This document shows, in pieces, positions 31,246 through 40,818 of a stretch of DNA of 64,000 nucleotides. A model generated the notes under the pieces. The model worked only from the letters and a program-made list of their open reading frames with translations. It had not been told where the DNA came from and did no database searches. Each line of letters opens with the position of its first letter. The first letter of the stretch is position 1. Location: positions 1,857,918 to 1,921,917 of the forward strand of contig OW818687.1 of NCBI GenBank assembly GCA_942493275.1, given 5' to 3'. The position numbers and the translations under genes are program-made. Source of the stretch: an uncultured Coriobacteriia bacterium (GTDB taxonomy: Bacteria; Actinomycetota; Coriobacteriia; Anaerosomatales; PHET01).

Positions 31246-31281
31246 TATACGGTTTAGGTACAGCTGTACCTAAACCGTATA
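31246..31281. repeat. Perfect 36-bp palindrome TATACGGTTTAGGTACAG|CTGTACCTAAACCGTATA
   Basis: All 18 arm positions were checked base by base. Only 14 of 36 positions are G/C, in an otherwise GC-rich window. It lies 47 nt after the SpoIID-like stop and has no following T-tract. Confidence 0.95.
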
Positions 31282-31487
31282 GCCGCCCCCAGATAATCCG
31301 CCGCCGCCCGCTCTGGCGCGACGACCTTTCATGGACCGCAGCCGTCGGGCAGTGCGGGCCGTCCTCTCGCGTGGCACCAGCGGCGGAGTCTGCTCGGAGG
31401 AATCAGGAGATTCCTGATTGTTTCGGCTCAAGTAGGCGAAGTACGCTGTGTGCGATGAGAGGACATCGGGTGTACTGCGGGGAGACG

Positions 31488-31901
31488 ATGACCATGAGAC
31501 GCGTGGCGTTCGCTTCTTGTTGTCTCGCCCTGTCGGCAATTGTCGCGACGGTCATCTCCGCGTACTCGGCATCCGCCGATCTCACCCCGCCACCGAGTGG
31601 CACGTCGACTGACTGGCCCAAGAACGAGTATGGCGTCACGTATGGCAGCGGTGGAGAGGCTGTCTCATATGAGGATGAGCCAGATCTCATCAAGGTCGAG
31701 GCAACGAACGGCAAGGTGGGGTACTGCTACCGAACCGACCTGGAGGGACCGGAGCCGTCATCCCCGGCCGCGGCGGTCGCGCAGCAGAAGGCGAGAGGGG
31801 GCAGGTCCGTCGTCATCCCGGTATATCAGGTGGACGGCGTCACTCAGATCGGGTCATTCGTGATCAGCCATGACCCTCGGCTCTCGATTGAGGTGCGCTG
31901 A
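31488..31901 (+). CDS. Small secreted hypothetical protein (137 aa)
   Basis: GGGGAG lies before the ATG at 31488. Signal peptide MTMRRVAFASCCLALSAIVATVISAYSASA. No family motif recognised. Confidence 0.55.
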   Translation: MTMRRVAFASCCLALSAIVATVISAYSASADLTPPPSGTSTDWPKNEYGVTYGSGGEAVSYEDEPDLIKVEATNGKVGYCYRTDLEGPEPSSPAAAVAQQKARGGRSVVIPVYQVDGVTQIGSFVISHDPRLSIEVR

Positions 31902-31916
31902 TTCCACTGTTACACG

Positions 31917-31950
31917 ACCGGCCCGGGAGGCGATTGCCTCCCGGGCCGGT
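31917..31950. terminator. Bidirectional stem-loop between convergent genes
   Basis: Perfect 15-bp stem ACCGGCCCGGGAGGC / GCCTCCCGGGCCGGT with loop GATT, followed by GTTGCTTGTT on the + strand. It sits between the stops at 31901 (+) and 31984 (-). Confidence 0.7.
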
Positions 31951-31983
31951 GTTGCTTGTTGCATGTGCGAGTCGTGCGGTGTG

Positions 31984-33717
31984 CTAGTGCAGGCAGTTGG
32001 CGACCGCGTTGCGCACGGTGACCGGTACCACGCTGGCGCCGCCGAAGAAGTGCACCGAGTTGATGCTGTCGGCATTCGCGGCGAGCTTCGCAGACGTGGG
32101 CGAAGGCAGAGGCGCGGTCGTAGCCGTCAGAAGCATGACGGTGTCGAGCTGGCCGAGAACGGGGCCTGCCGCCAAGGCGTCGGGGAAGTTCATGCCGGTT
32201 GTGACACCGACCCCGTCCCAGCCCATGCCGTACGTGCTCACGCCGATCTGGGCGACCTGCGCCGCCGTATCGAAGCGTGAGCTACCTGCCACGCGGGTGA
32301 CCTGCGACGAGCCGAGCTTGGTCTTCAGGCTGTTCTCGATGGTGCTGGGAACGGCGTTGGTGCCGCCGCAGATGTAGACGGCGGTCACCGTCTCGGGAAG
32401 GCTGACCGTGCCCGCGGTCGGGTTGGCCAACAGGACGGGCACGCCGGCCGCCGCGGAGATCGGTGCCGCGCCGAGGGCATCCGGGAAGTTCATGCCGGTG
32501 GCGACGAACGCGGTTCCGGAGTACGAGGGTCCGAGGATCTCAATGGTCTCCTCGGCCACCATGTAGGCGGTCGCAAAGCGGCTCGCGCCGGCGATGCGCT
32601 CGACCCCGTCGGCGCCCACCTTGGCCTTGAGTGCGTTCTCGACGGCCGCGGAAACGGCGTTGGTGCCGCCCAGCACGTAGGCCTTCGTGGCACCGAGGCG
32701 CGTGATTTCCGCCCCTACTTCGGCGGGGAGGGTGCCCTTCTGCGTGAGAAGGAGCGGGCCGTTGACAGCTCCCGCGAGACCGGCGCCACCCAGGGCGTCA
32801 GCAAAGCTCTCGCCGGTGGCGATCACGACAGTGTCGGCGCTAGTGAATGCGGCCTTTGACGCCGCTACCGCGGTGCCGTAGCGGCCCTGACCCTCGACCG
32901 CCGTCAGTCCGGTCAGACCGGTGACGGTCACCTTCGTGCTTGTCTCGGGAGACCAGTGCCCCTGGGAGCATCCGGCTTTGAAGTAGATCGTATGGGTGCC
33001 GACGGACAGCGACGAAGTTGAGAAGCTCGAGCTGCTCGACAACGTGCCATCGAGGCTTGAGCGCCACTGGTAGGCGTTGATGCTATGACCAAGAGAGCTG
33101 GTGCCAGAGCCCGAGAAGTTGACGGTGTCACCCTTGACGGGCGTCGTGTCGCTGATCGAGCCGATGCTCGCGCTGACGCTGTCGGCAGGAGGCGCCGTGA
33201 TGGTGGCACGGAAGTACTCGTAGTCCTCGATGTACTCATTCCAGTCGTCCCACAGGACGGCGTAGACCTCGTAGCGGCCCGAGGATATCTGCCACCCGCT
33301 GGTTGAAAGGTTGGTGCTCGCCGTCTGCGAACCGTTCACGTAGCTACCGGTTCCATAGACGGCGAGTATTTCATCGGTGGTGGCGTCGACGATCCAGAGT
33401 TCAAGCAGGTAGTCCTGCCAACCGTCAGGGTCGCTGCCGGTCGCCTGGACGTAGATGCTGTTGCCCCGAGGATACGAGTACGTCGCCCCGTTCGTGTGTG
33501 AATCAAGCCACACATACCCCTGGTAGAGAGCGGCTTGAGAGACTCCGCCGCCCAGCGACTTCGCCGCTTGTGCGCGCGCGGCGGTCACGGGCAGAGGCTG
33601 CAGAGCGCCGGCTGCCGTTGGCTCAGCTGCGAACGCTGTACCTGACAAGATGACCAACATACAGACAGTGGCCGCAGCAAGCAGCGACAGCCGACTACGC
33701 AAGAATGACCTTTCCAC
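31984..33717 (-). CDS. Secreted protein: N-terminal beta-sandwich region, PKD-like domain, C-terminal CWB2 triplet
   Basis: GTG start after GGAGGGGG. Signal peptide ...ILSGTAFAAEP. PKD-like segment GDTVNFSGSGTSSLGHSINAYQWRSSLDGTL...GTHTIYFKA. CWB2 units begin GQGRYGTAVAAS, RIAGASRFATAY, RVAGSSRFDTAA. Confidence 0.82.
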   Translation of the reverse strand: MERSFLRSRLSLLAAATVCMLVILSGTAFAAEPTAAGALQPLPVTAARAQAAKSLGGGVSQAALYQGYVWLDSHTNGATYSYPRGNSIYVQATGSDPDGWQDYLLELWIVDATTDEILAVYGTGSYVNGSQTASTNLSTSGWQISSGRYEVYAVLWDDWNEYIEDYEYFRATITAPPADSVSASIGSISDTTPVKGDTVNFSGSGTSSLGHSINAYQWRSSLDGTLSSSSSFSTSSLSVGTHTIYFKAGCSQGHWSPETSTKVTVTGLTGLTAVEGQGRYGTAVAASKAAFTSADTVVIATGESFADALGGAGLAGAVNGPLLLTQKGTLPAEVGAEITRLGATKAYVLGGTNAVSAAVENALKAKVGADGVERIAGASRFATAYMVAEETIEILGPSYSGTAFVATGMNFPDALGAAPISAAAGVPVLLANPTAGTVSLPETVTAVYICGGTNAVPSTIENSLKTKLGSSQVTRVAGSSRFDTAAQVAQIGVSTYGMGWDGVGVTTGMNFPDALAAGPVLGQLDTVMLLTATTAPLPSPTSAKLAANADSINSVHFFGGASVVPVTVRNAVANCLH

Positions 33718-33790
33718 CCAGGACCCCCTCCTCGACCGAACATGACTGACCCCAGTCTCTCTGCAGGGGTCGGCATGGTCAAGGGAGAAA

Positions 33791-36031
33791 TTACCTGCCG
33801 GAATTCATCGCAGCGAGAACCTGGGCACCGACGTCCGTTGACACCGCGACCTGCCCTCCCACCACATAGCAGCGCACACTCGTCCCAGCCTGTCCGTTCA
33901 CAACGTCGGTAGCTGCGGTGGAGAGCGTGGAGGGCGCGGTCAGCAGCAGCGGCGCGCGCAGCCTCGCCGAGAGCACGCCTGCGGTCAGCGAGTCCGGGAA
34001 GGTGCGTCCGCCAGCCACCACGAAGCGATCCCCGAGCATCCCATCGGCAAGAGACGCCTCGGCGACGGCTGCGGCGGTCGAGTATCGGTCGGCGCCGCTG
34101 ATGCGCGTGGGTGCGGGGAGGCGCCGGAACACGGGAGCGCCCACCGCCGTGTCGTCGCCTATCACGATGGTGCGGGTCACCGCGAGCGAGGCGAGCGCAG
34201 AGGCGGTCTCCGGCGGCAGCCACGTGCGCTCGGTCAACAGGATCGGGCGGTTGCGATAGGCGGCCCAGCCCGCGACCGCCGAACCGTCGGCAAACGAGCG
34301 CCCGGTCACCACGATGGCGGCGTCGGGCTGCCCCGCAACACCCGCAAGCCTGCGAGCGATGCGGTTCGCGGTGTCGTAGCGGTTGGCCCCCGAGATGCGC
34401 TCGATTGCGGTCTTCGGCAGCGCCGCCCGCACGCCCGTGGCTACCGAGCCCGCAAGCGCACGCTGACCGCCCACGAGTACCACGCGCGTCGGTGCAAGCC
34501 GCTTGAGTTCGGCCGCGGTGGCGGAGCTCAGACCGCCCGCCGAGGAAAGCAGCACCGGACCGTCGAGAGCGTAGGCGAGAGGTCCCCCCGCGAGGGCATC
34601 GGCGTAGTCCGCGGCGGATGCGACCACCACGGTCTTGGCGCCAACCGGGAACGCCTCCTTCGACACCGCGACCGAGGTGGCGATGCGGTCGCCGCCCGAG
34701 ACGCGCTTCACATGCGGCGAGAACTCGGCACCCAGCGGTCCGCCGTCACCCGAGAGATAGAGCTTCAGCCCAAAGATCGATGAGCCGCTCGTCCACTCGT
34801 TCAAGACGAACGCCGCATCGTCAGTTCCCCCGCGCACGACCTGCGGGTTCTGGTAGATCGCCTCGGGTACATCGGGGGAGACGATGGTCCCTTCGGCGGG
34901 CCAGCTGACACCGCCATTGGCCGAGTTCCGCTCCACCAGCAGACCGCCGTCGTCGGTGTAGTCGCGGTCGCCGTCTCCGACTCCGCGCGTGCCGCCCTCG
35001 ATGGTGAGTGCGCGCAGGTCACCGGACTCGTCGAAACGGAAGGTGCAGACGTCGAAGAAGTGGTCGGTGCGTGCGACTTGCGATGCTGTCCACGCACCCC
35101 CGTCGAGCCGCATGAACCGGTGGGCGTACGATGTCGGCCCGGCTCCCGAGCCAACCGTGAACATCAGGCACGGATCGCCGTCGGGCGCGGGTTTCACGGT
35201 CGGGTTGTTGGTGTTGGCCGAGCCGCTCGCGTACACCCGCGTCGTGCTATCAGCTGTGGCCTTCGTGAGCGGGAGCGTCACCGGCGTGTCGCTCGTGTTA
35301 CGCCACACGCCATTTGTGTCACGACGCATGTAGTGCGCGTCGCGCCGCGCCCACGAGGTCCCCGTGAAGTAGAGGTCCCAGTCGAGCGCCACGAAGGCCG
35401 CCAGGACTTCCCCGTCAACCCCTTCCGAGAAGTTCGCGTAGAAGCCCCAGCGCCCGTCCTTGTCGAGGATGCGGGTGGGCGAACTCCAGGTCGCTCCGTC
35501 ATTGGTGGAGCGACGTACCACCCAGTCGAGCGATCCGTCTCGGTAGAAGAGGTCGATCGTGCCGTCGTCGTGCACGACGGGTTGCGGGTAGGTGAACGAC
35601 TGCGCGATCGCGGGCAGGTCCTGCCATGCCGATATGTCGTGTGGGCGCAACGAGCGCGCGTGACGGAGCGGCGAGTGGTGTCCGCCGTAGAAGACGTGAA
35701 GGTAGCCGGCGCGGTCCACCACGAGCGCGGGTGCGCCGTGCATGTCGGTCGCGAGCGGGTTGTCGCCGACGCGGTAGGGGCCCGACCAGTCGCCGGTCGT
35801 GTGGTCGTAGGCACGCGCGTAGGCGTCGAGCCCGGGACCCTGGTAGACGACGATGGTCTGATCGGCATCGCGGACGGCCTGCGGGTGGATCGCCCACTCC
35901 TGGTAGATGCTGTCCTTCGAGCCGTCGTGAGCGAAGTAGGGGCGGCTTGCCGCCCCCGCCGAGGGAGCGCCGGCTACCGACAGCGCAAGCGTCAGCACGA
36001 TTGAGGCAACTGCGTGTGGGGCGCGGGTCAT
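33791..36031 (-). CDS. Secreted BNR/Asp-box beta-propeller (BNR-4 / sialidase-like fold) with a C-terminal CWB2 triplet
   Basis: Signal peptide ...SVAGAPSAGAAS. Asp-box STNDGATWS and the related SANGGVSW. CWB2 units begin RVSGGDRIATSVA, RISGANRYDTAN, RISGADRYSTAA. Confidence 0.78.
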   Translation of the reverse strand: MTRAPHAVASIVLTLALSVAGAPSAGAASRPYFAHDGSKDSIYQEWAIHPQAVRDADQTIVVYQGPGLDAYARAYDHTTGDWSGPYRVGDNPLATDMHGAPALVVDRAGYLHVFYGGHHSPLRHARSLRPHDISAWQDLPAIAQSFTYPQPVVHDDGTIDLFYRDGSLDWVVRRSTNDGATWSSPTRILDKDGRWGFYANFSEGVDGEVLAAFVALDWDLYFTGTSWARRDAHYMRRDTNGVWRNTSDTPVTLPLTKATADSTTRVYASGSANTNNPTVKPAPDGDPCLMFTVGSGAGPTSYAHRFMRLDGGAWTASQVARTDHFFDVCTFRFDESGDLRALTIEGGTRGVGDGDRDYTDDGGLLVERNSANGGVSWPAEGTIVSPDVPEAIYQNPQVVRGGTDDAAFVLNEWTSGSSIFGLKLYLSGDGGPLGAEFSPHVKRVSGGDRIATSVAVSKEAFPVGAKTVVVASAADYADALAGGPLAYALDGPVLLSSAGGLSSATAAELKRLAPTRVVLVGGQRALAGSVATGVRAALPKTAIERISGANRYDTANRIARRLAGVAGQPDAAIVVTGRSFADGSAVAGWAAYRNRPILLTERTWLPPETASALASLAVTRTIVIGDDTAVGAPVFRRLPAPTRISGADRYSTAAAVAEASLADGMLGDRFVVAGGRTFPDSLTAGVLSARLRAPLLLTAPSTLSTAATDVVNGQAGTSVRCYVVGGQVAVSTDVGAQVLAAMNSGR

Positions 36032-36067
36032 GCGGGTCTCCTCGGAAGATGGTGTCCGAGGACCATT

Positions 36068-37261
36068 CTACGCTCCTGCGCGCACGGCTTCCTGGGCGAG
36101 CAGCTCGGTGAGCGCGCGCAGCATCCATGCCTCGGCCCAGCGCAGGTACGGTGCGGTGCGACGATGCCCGTTCCACTCGCCGTGGATGAAGGTACCGTCG
36201 GCGTTGCGCATGTTCTCGACGGTCCACTCGGCTGCCGTGCGGGCTCGCTCAAGCGCGCCGGGGAAGCGGTCGGCGAACAGCGCCGGGCACAGCACCGACT
36301 CGGCGCACGAATGGATGTCGAGCGCTCCCGGCCGGTCCGGCGCCTGGTTTGGACGCCCGTGGCCGAGAAGCACGCGCTCGTAGTACTCCCAGCCGCGTTC
36401 GAGCGCGGCACCGGCCTCGGCGTAGCCTGCGTTCTCGAACGCGAACAGGGACCGCAGCACGTAGCCGGTGTGGTAGTTGTCGATCTGGCTCACGGTGCGC
36501 TGCGGCTCGGCCCAGTACTCCCACGAACCGTCATCGAACCGCTCGTTTACGGTGAAGCGCATCGCGCGTGCGGCGAGATCCTCCCACTCAGGTTCGCCGA
36601 ATGCGCGAGATGCGCGCAGCAGGTACTCGGCGGCCATGAGTGAGGCGTTGTGGACCTGGAAGTCGTCGAGCGGCGTGTAGGAGAAGCAGAGCGTGCCGTC
36701 GGCGAGTTCAGTGCGGTTGAGGCCCTCGCTGAGGAACACGGCCGCGCCACGGGCAGCGTCGAGAGCGCGCTCGTCGCCGGTCTTCTCGGCATGGTCGAGA
36801 AGGGCCTGTGCGATGGTCGAAGTGACGACCGCCGAGGGGGTGCCGGTCGGGACAGTGATGCGCGTGTACCAGTCGAACGGGTAGCCCCAGCTGATGCCGG
36901 GATAGCCGGTCGAGGGGTGGTCGACCAGCCATGAGGCGGCCTCGCGGGCGCGCTCGAGCGAGCCGAGGATACCGAGATCGTGCTGGCGCAGTCGTGCGGC
37001 GAGCACGACACCAACGCCCTTCGCGTTCACCTGCGGCTTCATCCCGAGCGCCCGGCGCGTGGCGATCGGCCAGCGGTGACGGGCGCTGCGAACGGCGCGG
37101 GGCAGGAGGCCGGGGCGATCTTTGCCGCTCGCATCCACGGTAAGCTTCCGGTAACGCTCGTCGCCGAGGATGTCGTATGGGTCCCAGCCCGCGAGGCCGT
37201 TGGTGTCGAACCAGGCCGAGAGACGGTCGAGGGCGGAGGCGACGGGGTCGACAGAGGTCAC
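36068..37261 (-). CDS. Conserved hypothetical protein of the polysaccharide operon (Trp/Tyr/Glu-rich; possibly an alpha/alpha-toroid fold)
   Basis: 397-aa ORF whose GTG start overlaps (GTGA) the stop of the upstream GT4 gene. No signal peptide. The fold guess rests on composition only. Confidence 0.5.
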   Translation of the reverse strand: MTSVDPVASALDRLSAWFDTNGLAGWDPYDILGDERYRKLTVDASGKDRPGLLPRAVRSARHRWPIATRRALGMKPQVNAKGVGVVLAARLRQHDLGILGSLERAREAASWLVDHPSTGYPGISWGYPFDWYTRITVPTGTPSAVVTSTIAQALLDHAEKTGDERALDAARGAAVFLSEGLNRTELADGTLCFSYTPLDDFQVHNASLMAAEYLLRASRAFGEPEWEDLAARAMRFTVNERFDDGSWEYWAEPQRTVSQIDNYHTGYVLRSLFAFENAGYAEAGAALERGWEYYERVLLGHGRPNQAPDRPGALDIHSCAESVLCPALFADRFPGALERARTAAEWTVENMRNADGTFIHGEWNGHRRTAPYLRWAEAWMLRALTELLAQEAVRAGA

Positions 37262-38514
37262 GCGCGGGCTCCTTCGTGGATGGCGATGGCATCGCGATAC
37301 GCCGACTCGACGAGCACGACGACGCGGGATGAATCGAACTCGGAGGCGGCCTCGCGAGCCGCTGCCGAGCGATCGCGAGCGGAGGCGGGGTCGGCCAGCA
37401 CGCTCTCGATGGCGGCGGCGAGTCCGGCGGGGTTGTCAGGGGGCGCAAGCACGCCGAGCCGGCCCTGGCCGAGCAGGTCGGCGACGGCGCCGGTGCCGGT
37501 AGCGACCACGGGCACGCCGGCGGCGAAGGCCTCGATGACGACCCGAGATTGGCCCTCTCGGACACGGGAGGGGAGTACGAACACGTCGGCGGCGTGCAGC
37601 CAGCGCACGACCTCATCCTGGCCCACGGCGGTCGAGACCACGAAGGAGCCGCCATCGGCGCTCCAGCGGTCGCGCAGCTGCTGTACGGTCAGGTCGATCT
37701 CAGGGCCCACGAGCGCAAGGGTCGCGGTGGGGTTGCTTTCGACGACGACGGCCATCGCGTCGACCAGATCCTCGACGCCTTTGCTCTGCGCGAGCCAGCC
37801 CACGTAGAGCACGAGCGGGCGCGCGCCGGGGTCGTCGGTGGCAAGAGTGCCGGGATCGGTCGCGAACACCTCGACGTCGATGCCGTTAGGGACGAATCGC
37901 GGAGTCGTACTCTGCACGAGTCCCGCGAGCGCCTCGGCGGCATCCGGGCTCACCGCGAGCACCACGTCTGCTGCCGCGAGGTTCTCGGCAGCCAGACGCT
38001 GGCGCGGGCCGGGGCCCTCGTCGCGGAAGCTCGACAGCGAGTGCGAGGTGATGAGTGCGGGAGCCGATGCGCCGGCGAGGCGGCCGTAGTACGGGCGCAT
38101 CTCGGCGTGGTGGTAGTGGATGACGTCAGGTGCGAAGTCGGCGATCGCGCGGTGCAGTCCCACGGCGTGTGCCGCGATCGACTCCGGCTTCCACCCGCAC
38201 TCGCGAGTGGTGGTCCGGGAGCGGAACGCGCGCAGGTAGGCGCCGAGCCCGCGGCTGCCGAGCGCCTTGGCGAGCGCGCCGCGGCGCGACACCGGGCGGT
38301 AGAGGCGGCCGAACTCAGCGCGTGCTGCTGGGCCGGGGCTCGCGTTGTCGGCGTAGACGGCGACCTCGTGGCCGCGCGCTTCGAGACTGCGGGCGAGGTT
38401 GGAGACGTGTGCCGCCACGCCGCCGGTGGTGTTGCCGCCGTCGTCAGCGGCAACGGGGCCGACGAGGAGCACCCGCAACGGGGCGCCGGAGGTGCGGGAG
38501 TGCGCCTCAGGCAT
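37258..38514 (-). CDS. Glycosyltransferase family 4
   Basis: Start at MPEAHSRTSGAPLRVLLVGP (the ATG at 38514 overlaps the upstream stop by 8 nt). Contains GG....HV..LA..L..RGHEV and a C-terminal PS..EG....IEA.A.G.PVV block. The ORF-track extension to 38862 is rejected. Confidence 0.85.
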   Translation of the reverse strand: MPEAHSRTSGAPLRVLLVGPVAADDGGNTTGGVAAHVSNLARSLEARGHEVAVYADNASPGPAARAEFGRLYRPVSRRGALAKALGSRGLGAYLRAFRSRTTTRECGWKPESIAAHAVGLHRAIADFAPDVIHYHHAEMRPYYGRLAGASAPALITSHSLSSFRDEGPGPRQRLAAENLAAADVVLAVSPDAAEALAGLVQSTTPRFVPNGIDVEVFATDPGTLATDDPGARPLVLYVGWLAQSKGVEDLVDAMAVVVESNPTATLALVGPEIDLTVQQLRDRWSADGGSFVVSTAVGQDEVVRWLHAADVFVLPSRVREGQSRVVIEAFAAGVPVVATGTGAVADLLGQGRLGVLAPPDNPAGLAAAIESVLADPASARDRSAAAREAASEFDSSRVVVLVESAYRDAIAIHEGARA

Positions 38515-40699
38515 CGGCGGCCTTAACCGGGAGCACGACGTCGACGGGGGCTCCGGTGCGCGCGGCCTCGAGTGCGGCGAGCGCCACGATGGTGCCGCGC
38601 ACGCCGTCGACCACGCCCATGCCGAGCGTCGCCTTGCCCTGGCAGGCCTCGACGAACTCGGTGAGGCAGGCGAGGTGACCCTTGTCGATCTCCTTGGTCT
38701 CGAGCCCCTTCTCGGATCCGGCGCCCGCGACCGTGGTGACGCGGTAGTCGTCGATGGCGAAGGCGGCCTTGTCGCAGAAGACCTCGATGCGCTCCTTGGG
38801 AAACGCCGAGGAGCCGTTGCCGGCATAGAACACTTGGCCGATGGAGCCGTCAGCGAACTCAATGGTGATCGCGAGGTTGTCGTAGGCGGCGTACTCGGCG
38901 CCCAGGCCCCCGAGCGCGCTCGCGCTCACTCGCGTGGGCTCGGCGCCGGCGAAGTACGTCAGCAGGTCGAAGAAGTGGCAGGCCTCGCCGACGATGCGTC
39001 CGCCGCCCTCGATGGGGTCGTAGACCCAGTGGCTCGGCTCCTTGTAGCCGGCGTTCACGCGGTACGTCATCATCTTCGGGCCGCGACGCTTCTCAAGCGC
39101 GCGCTTCACGACCACGGAGTGCGGCGAGTACCGGCGGTTGAAGCCGACGGTCAGCAGAACGCCCGACTCGGCGACGGCGGAGGCGACGTCGGCGCACTCC
39201 TCGGCGGTGAGACCGAGCGGCTTCTCGACGAACACGTGCTTGCCCGCGCGCGCGGCAGCAGCCGCGAGCGAGGCGTGCGAGTCGTGACGGGTCGAGATGA
39301 TGACGGCGTCGATCTTGTCGTCGGCGATGATCTGGTTGTCGTCGGTGGTCGCGTACTCGGCGCCGGCCTTCTTCGCCGAGGATGCGGCCGAGGACCCCCG
39401 CTTCGTGGCGACCCCGCGGATGGAGGCGCCGGGAATCCGCATGAGGTTGGGGATGTGGAAGGCGCGGGCGAACGAACCCGCCCCGATGACGCCAAAGCTG
39501 ACGTCGCCGGCGATAGCGCCCTGACGCATCTGCACGATGCGCGGGGCCGGCTCGCCGACGGGCTCATCGGCCGGGGTGTAGGCGAGGAGCGTGGCGACCG
39601 CGGCGCCGGTGGCGGCGAGCGCGGAGGTGTAGGCGGTCTCGGCCTCGTCGATGCCGAACACCTTATCGACCAGCGGCGCGAGCTTGATGCGGCCGTCGGC
39701 GGCGAGGCGCAGGAACTCGTCCATATTGCGCTTCTCGGTCCAACGGACGTAGGCGATCGGGTAGTCGAGCCCGTCCTCCTCGTAGCTCGTGTCGTAGCGG
39801 CCGGGGCCGTACGAACGCGAGATGAGGAGGTCCTGCTCGCGGTGGTAGAACGTCTTGCGCTCGAGCTCCATGCCGACGTCGCCCACGATGACGACCTTAC
39901 CGCGCTCGCGACACATCTCGAACGCCTGGTTCACAACCGCACTCGACTTGGTGCCCGCATAGATCAGCACCGCATCAAGACCGACGCCTTCCGAGAAGCG
40001 CATCGCGGCGTCGACCGGGTCCACGTCGCTCGATACCACGCCGTCATGAGCGCCGAGCTCGCGGGCGAGCGACACGCGGTCGGCGGCGAGGTCGAAGCCG
40101 ATGACGCGGCAGCCCGCCGAGGTCAGGATCTGGCACCCGATCTGGCCGAGCAGACCAAGGCCCACCACGCCAACACGGTCGCCGAGTCCAACCTCGGCAC
40201 GGCGCACGCCCTGCATCGAGATGGCGCCGAGCGTGACGAACGCCGCCTCGACGGTGTCGAGTCCCTCAGGCACGGGGATGCACAGGTTCACCGGCACCGT
40301 GATGTACTCGGCGTGTACGGCGTAGCCGCCGCCTGCGCACGCGACCACGTCACCGGGCTCGAAGCCCTCGACGCCGGCGCCGACAGCCGTGACCACGCCG
40401 GCTGCGCTGTAGCCGAGCGGGCGCAGGTCTCCGCCGCCGCCCTGGACCGCCTTCGCGGTCGCGCCCACGCCATCACTGATGGCCTTCTTGATGGCCTTGC
40501 GCACGAGTGCGGGGTTACGCATGACGCGCTCGATCGGCGTGCCGGACTTGGCTGCGGCGCCCTTGACGCCGGAGCCCTCGGTGCCGGTGCTGATCAGCGA
40601 GTGGGCGGTGCGGACGAGGACTTCGCCCGGACCCGGCGCGGGTGCGGGGACCTCCTGCACGTTGACGCCGGCGGGACCGCCGAGGAAGACCTGCTTCAT
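38507..40699 (-). CDS. Bi-domain oxidoreductase: N-terminal medium-chain (Zn-ADH-like) dehydrogenase fused to a C-terminal Gfo/Idh/MocA oxidoreductase
   Basis: GGAGG lies before the ATG at 40699. The N-terminal half has GEVLVRT..S.IS.GTE and VGVVGLGLLGQ. The C-terminal half has FGVIGAGSFAR and HVFVEKPL. Confidence 0.85.
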   Translation of the reverse strand: MKQVFLGGPAGVNVQEVPAPAPGPGEVLVRTAHSLISTGTEGSGVKGAAAKSGTPIERVMRNPALVRKAIKKAISDGVGATAKAVQGGGGDLRPLGYSAAGVVTAVGAGVEGFEPGDVVACAGGGYAVHAEYITVPVNLCIPVPEGLDTVEAAFVTLGAISMQGVRRAEVGLGDRVGVVGLGLLGQIGCQILTSAGCRVIGFDLAADRVSLARELGAHDGVVSSDVDPVDAAMRFSEGVGLDAVLIYAGTKSSAVVNQAFEMCRERGKVVIVGDVGMELERKTFYHREQDLLISRSYGPGRYDTSYEEDGLDYPIAYVRWTEKRNMDEFLRLAADGRIKLAPLVDKVFGIDEAETAYTSALAATGAAVATLLAYTPADEPVGEPAPRIVQMRQGAIAGDVSFGVIGAGSFARAFHIPNLMRIPGASIRGVATKRGSSAASSAKKAGAEYATTDDNQIIADDKIDAVIISTRHDSHASLAAAAARAGKHVFVEKPLGLTAEECADVASAVAESGVLLTVGFNRRYSPHSVVVKRALEKRRGPKMMTYRVNAGYKEPSHWVYDPIEGGGRIVGEACHFFDLLTYFAGAEPTRVSASALGGLGAEYAAYDNLAITIEFADGSIGQVFYAGNGSSAFPKERIEVFCDKAAFAIDDYRVTTVAGAGSEKGLETKEIDKGHLACLTEFVEACQGKATLGMGVVDGVRGTIVALAALEAARTGAPVDVVLPVKAADA

Positions 40700-40818
40700 G
40701 AAGACCTCCGAGGTTTCATTCGGGTGGGTGGAGACGCGCGATGTCGTTCCCCCCAAGCACGCCGGATTCTACCACTCAAGGGAGATTACCGGCCGCTCGA
40801 GCGACGTGCGTCGAAGGG

